The notes below the pieces were generated by a model. It was not told the origin of the DNA. It did not search any database and worked only from the letters and a program-made list of their open reading frames with translations. A DNA stretch of 64,000 nt from an uncultured Nitrososphaerota archaeon (GTDB lineage: Archaea > Korarchaeota > Korarchaeia > Korarchaeales > Korarchaeaceae): positions 32,001-96,000 of the forward strand of contig CAZQNA010000006.1 in assembly GCA_964594835.1 (NCBI GenBank), in the 5' to 3' direction. Made by a program: the position numbers and the translations under genes. Every line of letters begins with the position of its first letter. The first letter of the stretch is position 1. Positions 54,785-64,000 of this stretch are shown here, in pieces.

Positions 54785-57172
54785 CTAACTGGCCTCCAAC
54801 AATCCCTCGAGCGCCGCTGCGACCTCCTCAGGCGAAGACGCGGTGTAGTAGCTCCCCCCGGTCAGGTGGGCCATCAGCGCAGACACCGCGGAGCCCACGG
54901 CGAACGGGTCGTACCTCCTGGAGGCCATCGCCACGAATCGCCTGGCGTCGAACCGGCCGTCCTCGGAGAGGCTGAGCCTGTAGAGCTGGCCCGCCCCCTG
55001 GGGTGTTATCCTGTGGGCGGACGCCACGGGATCCGGGTTTATCACGGCGACCTTCAGCCCCTCTCTGGCCATCAGCTGGGCCGCGGCTGCGACGTCCTCG
55101 ATCGCCTGATGCCTCTGCACGTTGCTGACCGCGTGCTCCCTCCTCCCCCTCCTCCCCGTGAGGGGGTTGACCGGCAGGGGCACGTTGGGGTATCCGTCGG
55201 TCAGGACGATCACGAGGGGATCGGAGTCCGGGTCCCTCAGCCTCTCCGCCCTGGCGAGGGCAAGCGCGAGCATCAGACCTGACGCCAGGGGCGTGAGCCC
55301 GGAGACGCTGAGCCTGCCCAGGAGCCTCGCGACCTTCGCGACGTTCGTTGTCGGCGGGTGCACCACGAACGCGTCCATGTCCCTGAGGGCGACCACCCCT
55401 ATCCTGTCCCTCCTCGAGCTGAGCTCCCTGTACAGCCGGGACAGCGCCCTGGCAAACTCAATCCTGACAAGCGTCATCGAGTCGCTCAGGTCCAGGACTA
55501 TGATCGCCGTCAGGGGGACGTTCCTCTCGTACAGCTTCTCCCTGACATCCTCCGGCCTTATTCTCACCCTCGGTACCTCCTCCGCGGGCGACGAGCCGGC
55601 TGCGACCGCCGAAGCTATGCTGGCCGTCATGTGAATCGAGGCCGGCCTCCCCCTAGGGATCCTCCACCCCCTGACCCTGCCCCTCTTGACCTCCGGGTCC
55701 GTCTTGGTCCTCCCTCCCCTGGCCGACCTGCCGACCTCCTCCACCTCCAGTATGGGCAGGGCGATCCGCCCAACGGTGGGCACCACCTCAACGCTCTCCT
55801 CGGGGCCGAACCCCGTGACCACGGGACCGAGAAAGGGCCTCAGGAGCGCGCTGACCACGGCAGGCTCGGTGAGCTCGAACCTCGTTCTGGACAGCAGGTA
55901 TCGGTAGAGGGCGAGCGCCAGGGCCGACCAGATCAGCAGGATCAGCCTCTGCGTGGGGCTCGCCCCGGGAAAGAGGGAGGCGAAGGCCAGGCTCAGGGCG
56001 GCCAGGAGGGCCAGGAAGAAGGGAACCGACACCGGCACCGCCGGAAGCCTGATCCTCCTCTCCCCCCTCCCCTTACGCCCCCGCTCATCCTCTCCCCTCA
56101 GCCTGGACCCTCTCACCTTTCCCGCCCTCACCTCGGCCCTGGTTGCCTCGGAGAGCGCCTCCTCGATCTCCGCCTCGGTCGCGGGCTCCAGCGTCCCGCC
56201 GGCCCTGGTCCTGTGGGAGAGGGCAAGCTTCGCGGCGAGCCTGACGTGTTCCCAGTCTACCTCCAGTCTACCTTCTAGGGCGGCCAGGGCCCGAGAGGTC
56301 TCGTAGATCGCTATGTCTGGCCTCACTCCGTCCACCCTCAGCCTGTGGCAGAGCTCGGCTATCCCCCTGATCACCTCCTCGGGAACCCTCACCTCCGGCA
56401 GGATCTCCCTCGCCCTCCTGATCCTATCCCTGATCCTCTCCTGCTCCTCCCTGTACCTCTCGTAGAACCCGATGGGGTCGGCCCTGAACTCCGCGTTCCT
56501 CCTGATGATCTCCTCCCTCTCCTCCGGTGAGTAGTGCCCCGGGACAGTGACGGAGAGGGCCAGCCTGTCCAGGAGCTGGGGCCTCAGCTCCCCCTCCTCC
56601 GGGTTCATGGAGCCTATCAGTATGAACTCGGACGGGTGCTCGACCGAGATGCCCTCCCTCTCCACCACGTTAATCCCCGAGGCGGCGACGTCGAGCAGGT
56701 CGTCCACCAGGAAGTCTGGGAGCAGGTTGATCTCGTCCACGTAGAGGATGTTCCTGTTGGCCTCCGCCAGCACGCCGGGCCTGAACCTGATCCTCCCCTC
56801 CCTCAGGGTGGCCTCCACGTCCAGGCTTCCCACTACCCTGTCCTCGGTGGCGCTCAGGGGGAGGGTGACGATCCTCATCCTCCTCTTGCGGGTTGGGAGG
56901 GGGTTCTCCCCCCGCTCCATCCGCTCTCTGCACTCCCAGCAGAGGTTGGGCGAGCGGGGGTCGCACCCGAACCTGCAGCCCTCCACGACCTCGACCTCCG
57001 GGAGGAGGTCCTCCAGCGCGCGAACGGCCGTGCTCTTCCCGCTGCCCTTGGGACCCCTGACGAGGAGCCCCCCGATCTTCGGATTGACGACGACCGCCAG
57101 GAGGGCGAGCTTCAGCTCGTCCAGCCCGACCAGAGCGGCGAAGGGATACCTGAGCCACCCCCTCCCGGACAA
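54785..57172 (-). CDS. ChlI/ChlD-type chelatase AAA+ ATPase with vWA domain and internal TM hairpin
   Basis: YPFAALVG, GPKGSGKS, EDRVVG, DEINLL, MNPEEGELRPQLLDR; MIDAS DLSDS, TPL, LTDG. Confidence 0.88.
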   Translation of the reverse strand: MSGRGWLRYPFAALVGLDELKLALLAVVVNPKIGGLLVRGPKGSGKSTAVRALEDLLPEVEVVEGCRFGCDPRSPNLCWECRERMERGENPLPTRKRRMRIVTLPLSATEDRVVGSLDVEATLREGRIRFRPGVLAEANRNILYVDEINLLPDFLVDDLLDVAASGINVVEREGISVEHPSEFILIGSMNPEEGELRPQLLDRLALSVTVPGHYSPEEREEIIRRNAEFRADPIGFYERYREEQERIRDRIRRAREILPEVRVPEEVIRGIAELCHRLRVDGVRPDIAIYETSRALAALEGRLEVDWEHVRLAAKLALSHRTRAGGTLEPATEAEIEEALSEATRAEVRAGKVRGSRLRGEDERGRKGRGERRIRLPAVPVSVPFFLALLAALSLAFASLFPGASPTQRLILLIWSALALALYRYLLSRTRFELTEPAVVSALLRPFLGPVVTGFGPEESVEVVPTVGRIALPILEVEEVGRSARGGRTKTDPEVKRGRVRGWRIPRGRPASIHMTASIASAVAAGSSPAEEVPRVRIRPEDVREKLYERNVPLTAIIVLDLSDSMTLVRIEFARALSRLYRELSSRRDRIGVVALRDMDAFVVHPPTTNVAKVARLLGRLSVSGLTPLASGLMLALALARAERLRDPDSDPLVIVLTDGYPNVPLPVNPLTGRRGRREHAVSNVQRHQAIEDVAAAAQLMAREGLKVAVINPDPVASAHRITPQGAGQLYRLSLSEDGRFDARRFVAMASRRYDPFAVGSAVSALMAHLTGGSYYTASSPEEVAAALEGLLEAS

Positions 57173-57238
57173 CGAGGGCCCCTCAGACTCAGCGGGCCGG
57201 CCCAGAATAAAACGCCGACCCTGGGCGCGGCAGGGGAA

Positions 57239-58702
57239 TCAGCTCCTGGGCGGCGGAGGAACCTCGATGGCGACGATCCTCTGGCCGTGGAACACCGGCC
57301 TTCCCGGGACCTGCGGGGCGGGAGACCCTCTGCAGACGACGAATATCTCCGCACCCTCCTCCGACTTCTCCGTCGCTCCTGCAGGAATCGCGGACAGCAG
57401 GTACTCGACCCAGTAGGGCCCGAGCCCCCTGCAGAACACCCTGACGTCCGACCCGGGCGGGACGACTTGGCCCAGGGCGACCAGGTCCGCGTAGGTGACA
57501 GGGTCTATCCTCGGGTGGACTGCGGCCACGGATCCCGGGACCTGGAGGGCGAGAGGGAGCAGGAGGACCGCGGCGAGGATCGGCCTGAGGGCGCCTCTGG
57601 CCAGCTGCCCCACGGCGACTCCAACCATCAGGGAGGAGGGAACGCAGGACACGAGGAGGAACCTCCACGCCCACTCCCTGAGCCCGAGCACGCTGGGCAT
57701 CAGCGTCAAGGCGCCGACCGCGAGGGCCGCCGAGACGGCGACCTCCCTGCCTGAGGCCCCCCAAGGATTGCCGTCCAGCTCCTTGCTTGAGAGAACCGCC
57801 AGTAGAACTCCCAAGGCAAGGTAGGCGATGAGGTACTCACTCCCAGGGATCATGAGGCCTGGAGGAGAGGGAGGCGGCTTCGGGGGAAGCGGCCCGCGGG
57901 GCGGCGCTCCGAGCGGGCCCTCACCCGCGGCGGAGCCGAGAAGATCCCTGAGGAAGGCGATTCCCTTACCCACGTCCGTGAAGAGCCACGGGAGGGACGC
58001 GGCCGCGGCCGCCGAGGCAGCCCACCCCGGCAGGACCGAGGCGGCCCACCTCAGGCCGATCCCTCCCCCACCGCGGGTCGGCCCGGGGCGGAGGGCCAGC
58101 GTCGCGAGGGGCAGGTACGCCAGCGAGAAGGCGACGGTGAGGGCGAAATCGAGGGAGTGCGTGAGGAAGGCCAGGAACGAGGACAGAGAGGACAGGAGGG
58201 CCGACCTCAACCAGTTTCCTCCGCCTGCGAGCGCCGAGTGGAGCCAGTACACGGAGAGGGCAACGAAGAGAATCCCAGAGGCGTTCTTCATTAGGTCTCC
58301 AGCCATCCTGAACATCTGGGGGGACAGGGAGAGGGACAGGGCGGCGGCGACGCCGGCGACCCTGCTGCCGGTGAGCCTCCTGACGAGCGCGTAGCTCGGG
58401 ACGGCCGAGAGCCCGCACATCACAGCCACGGTGATAGACACGCCGAGCCTGATGTCTCCGACAGCCCTGCTTGCCGCCGCGGCCAGGTAAAACAGGAGGG
58501 GAGGGTCCCCGTAGACCATCCCCGAGCCCGAGAGGATCGACCTCACCTGTATCAGGTAATAGGGCCCGTCCACTCCGGGCATGAAGTCCCACGAGAGGAG
58601 CGCGGCCAGGTGGGAGGCCGCGGCCCCGGCCGACGCGGCAATGGAGATGAGAGCATCCCTCCTGTCCAGTCCGCCCTCTCGCACACGAGCTCGAGGGGAC
58701 AC
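57239..58702 (-). CDS. multi-pass membrane protein, GT-C glycosyltransferase-like
   Basis: GVDGPYY loop after TM1, DPPL.F, ..P.YAL.R.L pattern of PMT-like proteins. Confidence 0.6.
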   Translation of the reverse strand: MSPRARVREGGLDRRDALISIAASAGAAASHLAALLSWDFMPGVDGPYYLIQVRSILSGSGMVYGDPPLLFYLAAAASRAVGDIRLGVSITVAVMCGLSAVPSYALVRRLTGSRVAGVAAALSLSLSPQMFRMAGDLMKNASGILFVALSVYWLHSALAGGGNWLRSALLSSLSSFLAFLTHSLDFALTVAFSLAYLPLATLALRPGPTRGGGGIGLRWAASVLPGWAASAAAAASLPWLFTDVGKGIAFLRDLLGSAAGEGPLGAPPRGPLPPKPPPSPPGLMIPGSEYLIAYLALGVLLAVLSSKELDGNPWGASGREVAVSAALAVGALTLMPSVLGLREWAWRFLLVSCVPSSLMVGVAVGQLARGALRPILAAVLLLPLALQVPGSVAAVHPRIDPVTYADLVALGQVVPPGSDVRVFCRGLGPYWVEYLLSAIPAGATEKSEEGAEIFVVCRGSPAPQVPGRPVFHGQRIVAIEVPPPPRS

Positions 58703-58767
58703 CCCGTATTAACGGCCGCGAACGAAGGGTCCACCGCGGCCCCAAGCACTCCCGCCCGGAACGGGCT

Positions 58768-61700
58768 CTACCTGCCCCTCAAAGCCGCGGCCAGTAGGAG
58801 GGCAGCCGCGAGCGCCGCGGCCACGGCAGAAACGAACAGCAGGGCTGGGCGGGACGTCTCCACGTACAGCCCACCCACGGCCGGTCCGGGGGGAGGGCCG
58901 TTGTTGTTAACGCCTACGCTGGTCACGTAGGGGTCCGCCCCGCACAGCCTGCTATCCGTGTCCACGGTGGGGGGTCCGGGCGCGGTGTCGGATGTCGACA
59001 GCTCCCAATCCGCGCCGCTGGTTGTGAACACGCCGTTCGGGGTGAGGGCCAAGCTCCATGCGTCGCCGGCCCCGCCCGGGGAGTTAGGACCTGCCCAGAA
59101 TAGCGCCCCCGGCGGCGGGTCCTCTATCCCCCCGTCCGACCCGTAGGCCACGTAGTCGACGAGCAGGCCGGACGAGTCGAACAGCCAGATGTCGTCTCCA
59201 ACGTTCCGGAGCCTGGCGCGTGTGCCGACGTAGAAGTTCGCCGCCGAGGGGGCGCTCCCCACCCCGGGATCCCCCAGCCAGACAACCGCGTAGCTGCCCG
59301 CGGAGAAGACTGAGCCCGGTGGGAACGTGAACTCGAAATTCCCGGGGGACTCGCTCCCGTCCGTCAGGGTCCACCCGCTGACGTCGACGGAAGAGGAGAA
59401 GTAGATCTCTATGAACTCGTCGTTGGTCGACGCAGTCAGCCCGGCGCCGCACTCGTTGTACAGGACCTCGTTTATGACCACCTCGCCGCGGTGAGGTGAC
59501 GGAGATCCGTAGGAGACGAGGGCGTACTGGTACCTGTCGGCCCCCGACCCCGGGGGAGACTCCCACGCCCCTCCAGACTCGGAGGCTGGATCGAACTCAC
59601 CATCCCACGAGTAGACCTCCGGAGGCCTGACGAACCCGTTCAGCGTGAAGGAGTGTGGGTTGTACCGGTAGGTCCCACTCGAGTTGATCTCCACCTCCCT
59701 AACCCTCCACCAGGTGGAGATGTTCTCGTAATCGAAGTCGGGCGGTCCGTACCTCCCCGCGGAGTCCCAGGCGCCCGAGGCGTAGTCGGCCACGTCGTCC
59801 CCGTCGTCTCCTCCGCGGAAGATCTCCACGGTCAGCCCGAGGACGGCGCCCCCTCCCGAGTCCCTCACCTGGACGTACCCGAGCCAGTCCAGCGCGGCCT
59901 GTCCCAGCCCGTTTCCCGACACCGTGTTGTTCCCAACGACCCAGCTCAGGTTTGCCCACGGGTTGTCGAGCACGTAGAGGCCGAGCCCCCCGTTGTCTTG
60001 AATCACGTTCCCCGAGATCCCCATCCCCCCGAACCCGAGGCCGAGCGACAGGACGTCGTCGGCGTGATCGTCCGGGTGCGAGGATTCGCCGTAGTAGGGC
60101 TCCACCCTCACGCCGTCCAGGTCGTTGTCGTGAATCGAGTTCCCCGAGACGTTCCCCGAGGAGCCGACCCAGTAGACCCCCCACAGCTCGTTGTCCCAGA
60201 CCTCGTTGCTTGCGTTCAGAACGAAGTTGGTGGTCCCGATGAGGATGACGCCGGCTCCCCTGTTGCCGGCCACCCTGTTGCCCTGCAGCAGGGTGGAGTC
60301 CGGGCCCTGAGCGGAACTCCCGTTCACCGGGAAGGGGTAGTGGATCTTGGGGGCGGCGTCGCACGCCACCGCGATGCCGGCTCCGTTCCCCAGCGACCTG
60401 TCAGCCAGGTAATTCCCCCACCGATCGAACGCCCCGACCCAGTTGCGGGAGACGTTGTTCCAGTCTGTCCCAGTTCCGTTAACGAAGATTCCCTCGTAAG
60501 CGTGTCCTCTGACGACGTTGCGGGCCACCAGGTTTCGGCTGGCGCCCCCCGTGATTATGATGCCCAGGCTCATGTTCACCGGGTCCGCCAAGATGTAGTT
60601 GTACAGGACCTCGTTTCCATCGCTCCCCTGGCCCTCGATCGCCAGATCCTGCCAGGCGTTGTATCCCAGCGTGTTGTTGCGGACCACGTTGTCGTGGGCG
60701 CCCGCGGCGAGCGTCACACCCCCATCCCCGTTGCCCCACGCGAGCCCCGAGGCGTCCACCCCCACCATGTTGTACGCGACCACGTTCCCCTCGGTGGAGG
60801 ACCCGGCTAGCAGGATGCCCTCGGCGCTGTTGTTCAGCACGAGGTTCCCGTCCCTCGCGGAGTCGGTTCGGTCAAGCCCGATGTAGTTGGCGAACGGCCC
60901 CCTCCCGCTCGTGGAGTTGGTCACGAGCGCGATCCCCGGCGAGAAGGACCTGGGGAGCCCGCTTTGATCGTACCCGTTTAGGGAGATGTTGTTTCCAAAG
61001 ATCTCCATTCCCTCAACCGCGCCCATGAGCAGCACGCCGCCGCCAGGTGCGGTAACCCCGTTGTGGACTATCAGATTCCCGACTATCAACCCCCGCCCCA
61101 CGGTGCCCGTCCCGTTGTCGGCCAGGGCGATCCCCCACACCCCGCTCCCCGCCACAGTGCTGTTCCTCACCTCAAGGCCGTACAGATCTGCCCCGTAGAG
61201 AAAGACCCCGGACAGCCCGCACTCGAGGATTTCAGCCCTCTCTACGGCCGGCCCGGTTATCTCTCCGCCGACCATGTCGTTTCCCACCAGCACTCCGTAC
61301 GTCCCGCAGTTGTGAAGCAGAGAGTCCCTCACCGTGACGTTGCTGGAGCGGATCGCGACACAGGCGGTGTCGGCGGTGACGTTTACCCCGAAGATCGTCA
61401 GGTTCCCGAAGTCTTGGGGGGCCCACCCGTACCTGGCGGAGAAGATCCCGACGTAGGAGTCGTACACCGTGAGGTTGGCGAGGATCACCTCGTCCTTTGC
61501 GAGGGTGACCAGGATGGCCTCTCCGGTGAACCCTCTGAGCGTCAGGTTTCTCACGATCGTCTGGCCCCACCAGACCGTTATCACAAGGCCGCTGGCGACG
61601 GCTCCCTGTCCGTCTATCACGACCTCTCCTGGGGCAGTGGCGCCGTCCAGCGTGACTGCCTCGGTGATCTGCGGCAGGGGCGACGAGAGGGCTATCGTTC

Positions 61701-61920
61701 CGGATACGGAGAAGGTGATCACATCGACCCCCGGGTTGCTGTTCGCGGCCTCTATGGCCTCTCTCAGCGTGCACTCGGTGGCGTCGCATCCGCCGGTTCC
61801 CGGATCGTTGAGACTGTTGACGGAGTAGGTGGCCCCCTCGACCCTCATGGCGGGGATTGCCAACGTAGCCACGAGCGCCAGGATCGCGATGGTAGCCGCC
61901 CTCCTGCCCAGATCCACCAT
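58768..61920 (-). CDS. large surface protein: CSLREA domain, right-handed beta-helix, lamin-tail domain, C-terminal anchor
   Basis: Signal peptide, VNS..D..CTLREAI..AN, many N.I..N...GI repeats, VVINEVLY..EFIEI..VSGWTLTD..LRNVGD, AVGG plus TM tail. Confidence 0.82.
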   Translation of the reverse strand: MVDLGRRAATIAILALVATLAIPAMRVEGATYSVNSLNDPGTGGCDATECTLREAIEAANSNPGVDVITFSVSGTIALSSPLPQITEAVTLDGATAPGEVVIDGQGAVASGLVITVWWGQTIVRNLTLRGFTGEAILVTLAKDEVILANLTVYDSYVGIFSARYGWAPQDFGNLTIFGVNVTADTACVAIRSSNVTVRDSLLHNCGTYGVLVGNDMVGGEITGPAVERAEILECGLSGVFLYGADLYGLEVRNSTVAGSGVWGIALADNGTGTVGRGLIVGNLIVHNGVTAPGGGVLLMGAVEGMEIFGNNISLNGYDQSGLPRSFSPGIALVTNSTSGRGPFANYIGLDRTDSARDGNLVLNNSAEGILLAGSSTEGNVVAYNMVGVDASGLAWGNGDGGVTLAAGAHDNVVRNNTLGYNAWQDLAIEGQGSDGNEVLYNYILADPVNMSLGIIITGGASRNLVARNVVRGHAYEGIFVNGTGTDWNNVSRNWVGAFDRWGNYLADRSLGNGAGIAVACDAAPKIHYPFPVNGSSAQGPDSTLLQGNRVAGNRGAGVILIGTTNFVLNASNEVWDNELWGVYWVGSSGNVSGNSIHDNDLDGVRVEPYYGESSHPDDHADDVLSLGLGFGGMGISGNVIQDNGGLGLYVLDNPWANLSWVVGNNTVSGNGLGQAALDWLGYVQVRDSGGGAVLGLTVEIFRGGDDGDDVADYASGAWDSAGRYGPPDFDYENISTWWRVREVEINSSGTYRYNPHSFTLNGFVRPPEVYSWDGEFDPASESGGAWESPPGSGADRYQYALVSYGSPSPHRGEVVINEVLYNECGAGLTASTNDEFIEIYFSSSVDVSGWTLTDGSESPGNFEFTFPPGSVFSAGSYAVVWLGDPGVGSAPSAANFYVGTRARLRNVGDDIWLFDSSGLLVDYVAYGSDGGIEDPPPGALFWAGPNSPGGAGDAWSLALTPNGVFTTSGADWELSTSDTAPGPPTVDTDSRLCGADPYVTSVGVNNNGPPPGPAVGGLYVETSRPALLFVSAVAAALAAALLLAAALRGR

Positions 61921-61968
61921 GCCCAGTCGGGCTGGGATGCCCGTCAGGTTCTCTTTAAACATCTCACG

Positions 61969-62024
61969 GCCTCACGATCAAGGATCAGATCAGATGTCGC
62001 CTCACGATCAAGGATCAGATCAGA
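61969..62024 (+). repeat. 26-bp direct repeat with 30-bp period
   Basis: GCCTCACGATCAAGGATCAGATCAGA at 61969 and 61999, with internal GATCA/CAGAT units. Confidence 0.9.
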
Positions 62025-62056
62025 CCAGACCCCGGAAAAGCGAAGCTATATCACCG

Positions 62057-63940
62057 CTAGTCGAGCTGGAGCCTCTCAGGCCTCCCCCGGCGTCGTCTTC
62101 CCTTATCCTCAAGCAATCCGGGTATATACTCGGCGAGTGACTTTCTCCTCCTCCTGGCCAAGGCCTCCTCGATCGAGCTAGAGGTCACGACCTCGTAGAC
62201 CCTGGCGACCTTCCCGGGCCTGCCCCTGAGAACCCTGCCGACCCTCTGGGCCATCTGTCTCGGAGACCCGCTCCCGCTGGCTATGATGGCCACATCGGCG
62301 TCGGGCACGTCGATCCCCTCGTCCAGCACCCTGGTCGTCACTATCACGTCCAGGTCGCACCTCCTGAAGGCGTCGAAGATCTCGGCCCTCTCCCTGGTCT
62401 TCCCCACCATCAGGGCCGATCTGATGCCCCTCTTTTCAAGCTCCCCCTGAATGGCCTCGGCCTGATCCACGTACTCGCAGAACACCAGTATCTTGCGCCC
62501 CCCCTCCGACTCCACGATGGACGCCACGACGGGGATCTTTGCCCTCGCCCTCAGGGCGTGCCTCTTCATCACGGCCAGCCTCGCGTTCTCATCCCTTACC
62601 CTGGCCAGCTGGGCCATCATGGCCCTGCGCTCGTCGGGCTCCATCCTGACCCTGACCACCCTGTGCTCCAGCCTGGCGAGCACGCCCATATTTACAAGCT
62701 CCCTGTACCCCACCTTGTAAACCACGTCTCCCGAGGAGAGGAAGATCAGGTGCTCGTTTCCGTCGCTCCTCTCCGGCGTGGCGGACAGGCCCAGGCGGTA
62801 CTTGGCTCTGCTGGCGAAGGCGACCTTCCTGAACGTGCTAGCTGGCACGTGGTGGACCTCGTCGAAGATCACGAGGCCGAAGAGGTTCCTCAGCCTGTCG
62901 ATGTGCTTGGCGACCGAGTTGTATATCCCGACCACGACGCCGGGCGACAGGTCCTTCTCCCTCCCGCTGAACTCCCCCGTAGTAACTCCCAGCTTGGACT
63001 CGATGAGTTCCCTCCACTGCGTGGCTAGCTCTGCCGTGACCACACAGACAAGCGTCCTCTGCCTCGTCCTGGCGATGGCCTCTAGCCCGACGAAGGTCTT
63101 CCCTCCCCCCGTGGGGATCACAACGGTGCCGAACCTCTCGGCCCTCTCCCACCTATCTACGGCCTCCCTCTGGAAGGGGTAGAGCTCGTAATCCCTGCTC
63201 GGAACTTCGATTGGTTGGGATGGCCACGAGACGTCCTCTTCAAACTCCAGCCCCTCGAAGCTGGCGAACCTCTTGAGGTGGTGGTACATGAATGGGGGGA
63301 CCACGTGGGCCAGCCTGCCCACCCGCCTCGCCAGCCTCATCCTCCTGGTCTCGAGACCCCGCCTGGTCTGGACGTTGACGCTCACGGTGAAGAGATCCTC
63401 CAGCCTCGAGAGCTGGTCTGGGGTGAGGCCCCCGGCCTCCAGGAGGATTCCCTCCTCGTGGTCCCGCACCGTCAACCTCCCCGGACCCCGGACCCTGGAG
63501 GCCGCCAGCCTGACGAGGTCCTCCCTCCAGTACCCGCCCACGGATCTCGCCAGCCTGAGCGCGCCGTCGATCCCCTCTGAGGACACGATCGCCGCGAGCT
63601 CGTCGGGATCGACGACGAGATAGTCCCCCTCCCTCCTGAAGGGGCGGACACGCCCATCTCCCGGGAGGAAGACGGCCAGCACCCCTCTCTCCGCCATCTC
63701 CCTCAGCCTGCCGTCCACCGACGACCTGAAGACCTCGACGACCTCCCTCACCGCGTCCTCCGGCACCCCGATCCTCCTGAGGACGTCCCACCCTCTGGAC
63801 AGCGCAAGCCCGGGATCCAAGACCCACGCCTTCTCCCCGGGGTCGAACCTGCAGATCTCCCTGATCAGCCCCAGGACCTCTTCGAACTCGTCGTCCCCAA
63901 GGCTCTTCACGAAGCTCTTCGATCCTACCCTGACCCTCAA
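62057..63940 (-). CDS. xpb: XPB/Rad25-like superfamily 2 helicase
   Basis: LYPFQREA, PTGGGKT, DEVHH, GLSATPERSDG, LDEGIDVP, QRVGRVLR. Confidence 0.88.
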   Translation of the reverse strand: MRVRVGSKSFVKSLGDDEFEEVLGLIREICRFDPGEKAWVLDPGLALSRGWDVLRRIGVPEDAVREVVEVFRSSVDGRLREMAERGVLAVFLPGDGRVRPFRREGDYLVVDPDELAAIVSSEGIDGALRLARSVGGYWREDLVRLAASRVRGPGRLTVRDHEEGILLEAGGLTPDQLSRLEDLFTVSVNVQTRRGLETRRMRLARRVGRLAHVVPPFMYHHLKRFASFEGLEFEEDVSWPSQPIEVPSRDYELYPFQREAVDRWERAERFGTVVIPTGGGKTFVGLEAIARTRQRTLVCVVTAELATQWRELIESKLGVTTGEFSGREKDLSPGVVVGIYNSVAKHIDRLRNLFGLVIFDEVHHVPASTFRKVAFASRAKYRLGLSATPERSDGNEHLIFLSSGDVVYKVGYRELVNMGVLARLEHRVVRVRMEPDERRAMMAQLARVRDENARLAVMKRHALRARAKIPVVASIVESEGGRKILVFCEYVDQAEAIQGELEKRGIRSALMVGKTRERAEIFDAFRRCDLDVIVTTRVLDEGIDVPDADVAIIASGSGSPRQMAQRVGRVLRGRPGKVARVYEVVTSSSIEEALARRRRKSLAEYIPGLLEDKGRRRRGRPERLQLD

Positions 63941-64000
63941 CCTCCGTACCGGCTGCCGCCCCAGAATAAAACTCGCGGCTCCGGGCCCGGAACTCGGCGT

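Noticed and set aside
54785-57172. Evidence for (bacterio)chlorophyll synthesis
   Set aside because: ChlI/ChlD-like proteins are widespread in non-phototrophic archaea and no other pathway genes are present
61969-62024. CRISPR array
   Set aside because: Only two copies separated by 4 nt, with no spacers and no cas genes

Overview
A GC-rich (roughly two-thirds G+C by eye), densely coding archaeal chromosome segment. AGG/ATA codons, GGTGA/GAGGTG Shine-Dalgarno motifs, TATA boxes about 25 nt before leaderless starts and the gene families point to a (hyper)thermophilic TACK-like lineage; this lineage call is inference. About 60 CDSs. Housekeeping and transport: pyrG, glnA, class II RNR nrdJ with cobO, iscS-iscU-tusA-tatA-sufS, thiI, XPB helicase, a Zn/Mn ABC operon with a DtxR-type regulator, a BMP-type nucleoside ABC operon, and APC/DMT/MFS/ZIP transporters. 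Accessory content: three vapBC pairs, one HEPN-MNT pair, and a decaying metal-resistance island (copB, cupredoxin and sulfite-oxidase-like pseudogenes). No tRNA, rRNA, transposase or clear CRISPR array was seen. Best leads: (1) a coupled three-gene operon (48.1-52.0 kb) encoding a membrane-anchored WD40/Ig surface protein and a coiled-coil protein, both ending in CdvB(ESCRT-III)-like truncated winged helices, plus an HExxxH metallopeptidase; (2) a Rab-like GTPase next to a Cys-based phosphatase and a V4R protein; (3) an 80-nt AT-rich patch at the TNPCGE active site and known intein site of nrdJ; (4) a structured 180-nt leader with a kink-turn-like motif ahead of an amino-acid permease; (5) twin perfect palindromes at the DtxR-type promoter. 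All family assignments come from motif recognition, not database searches.
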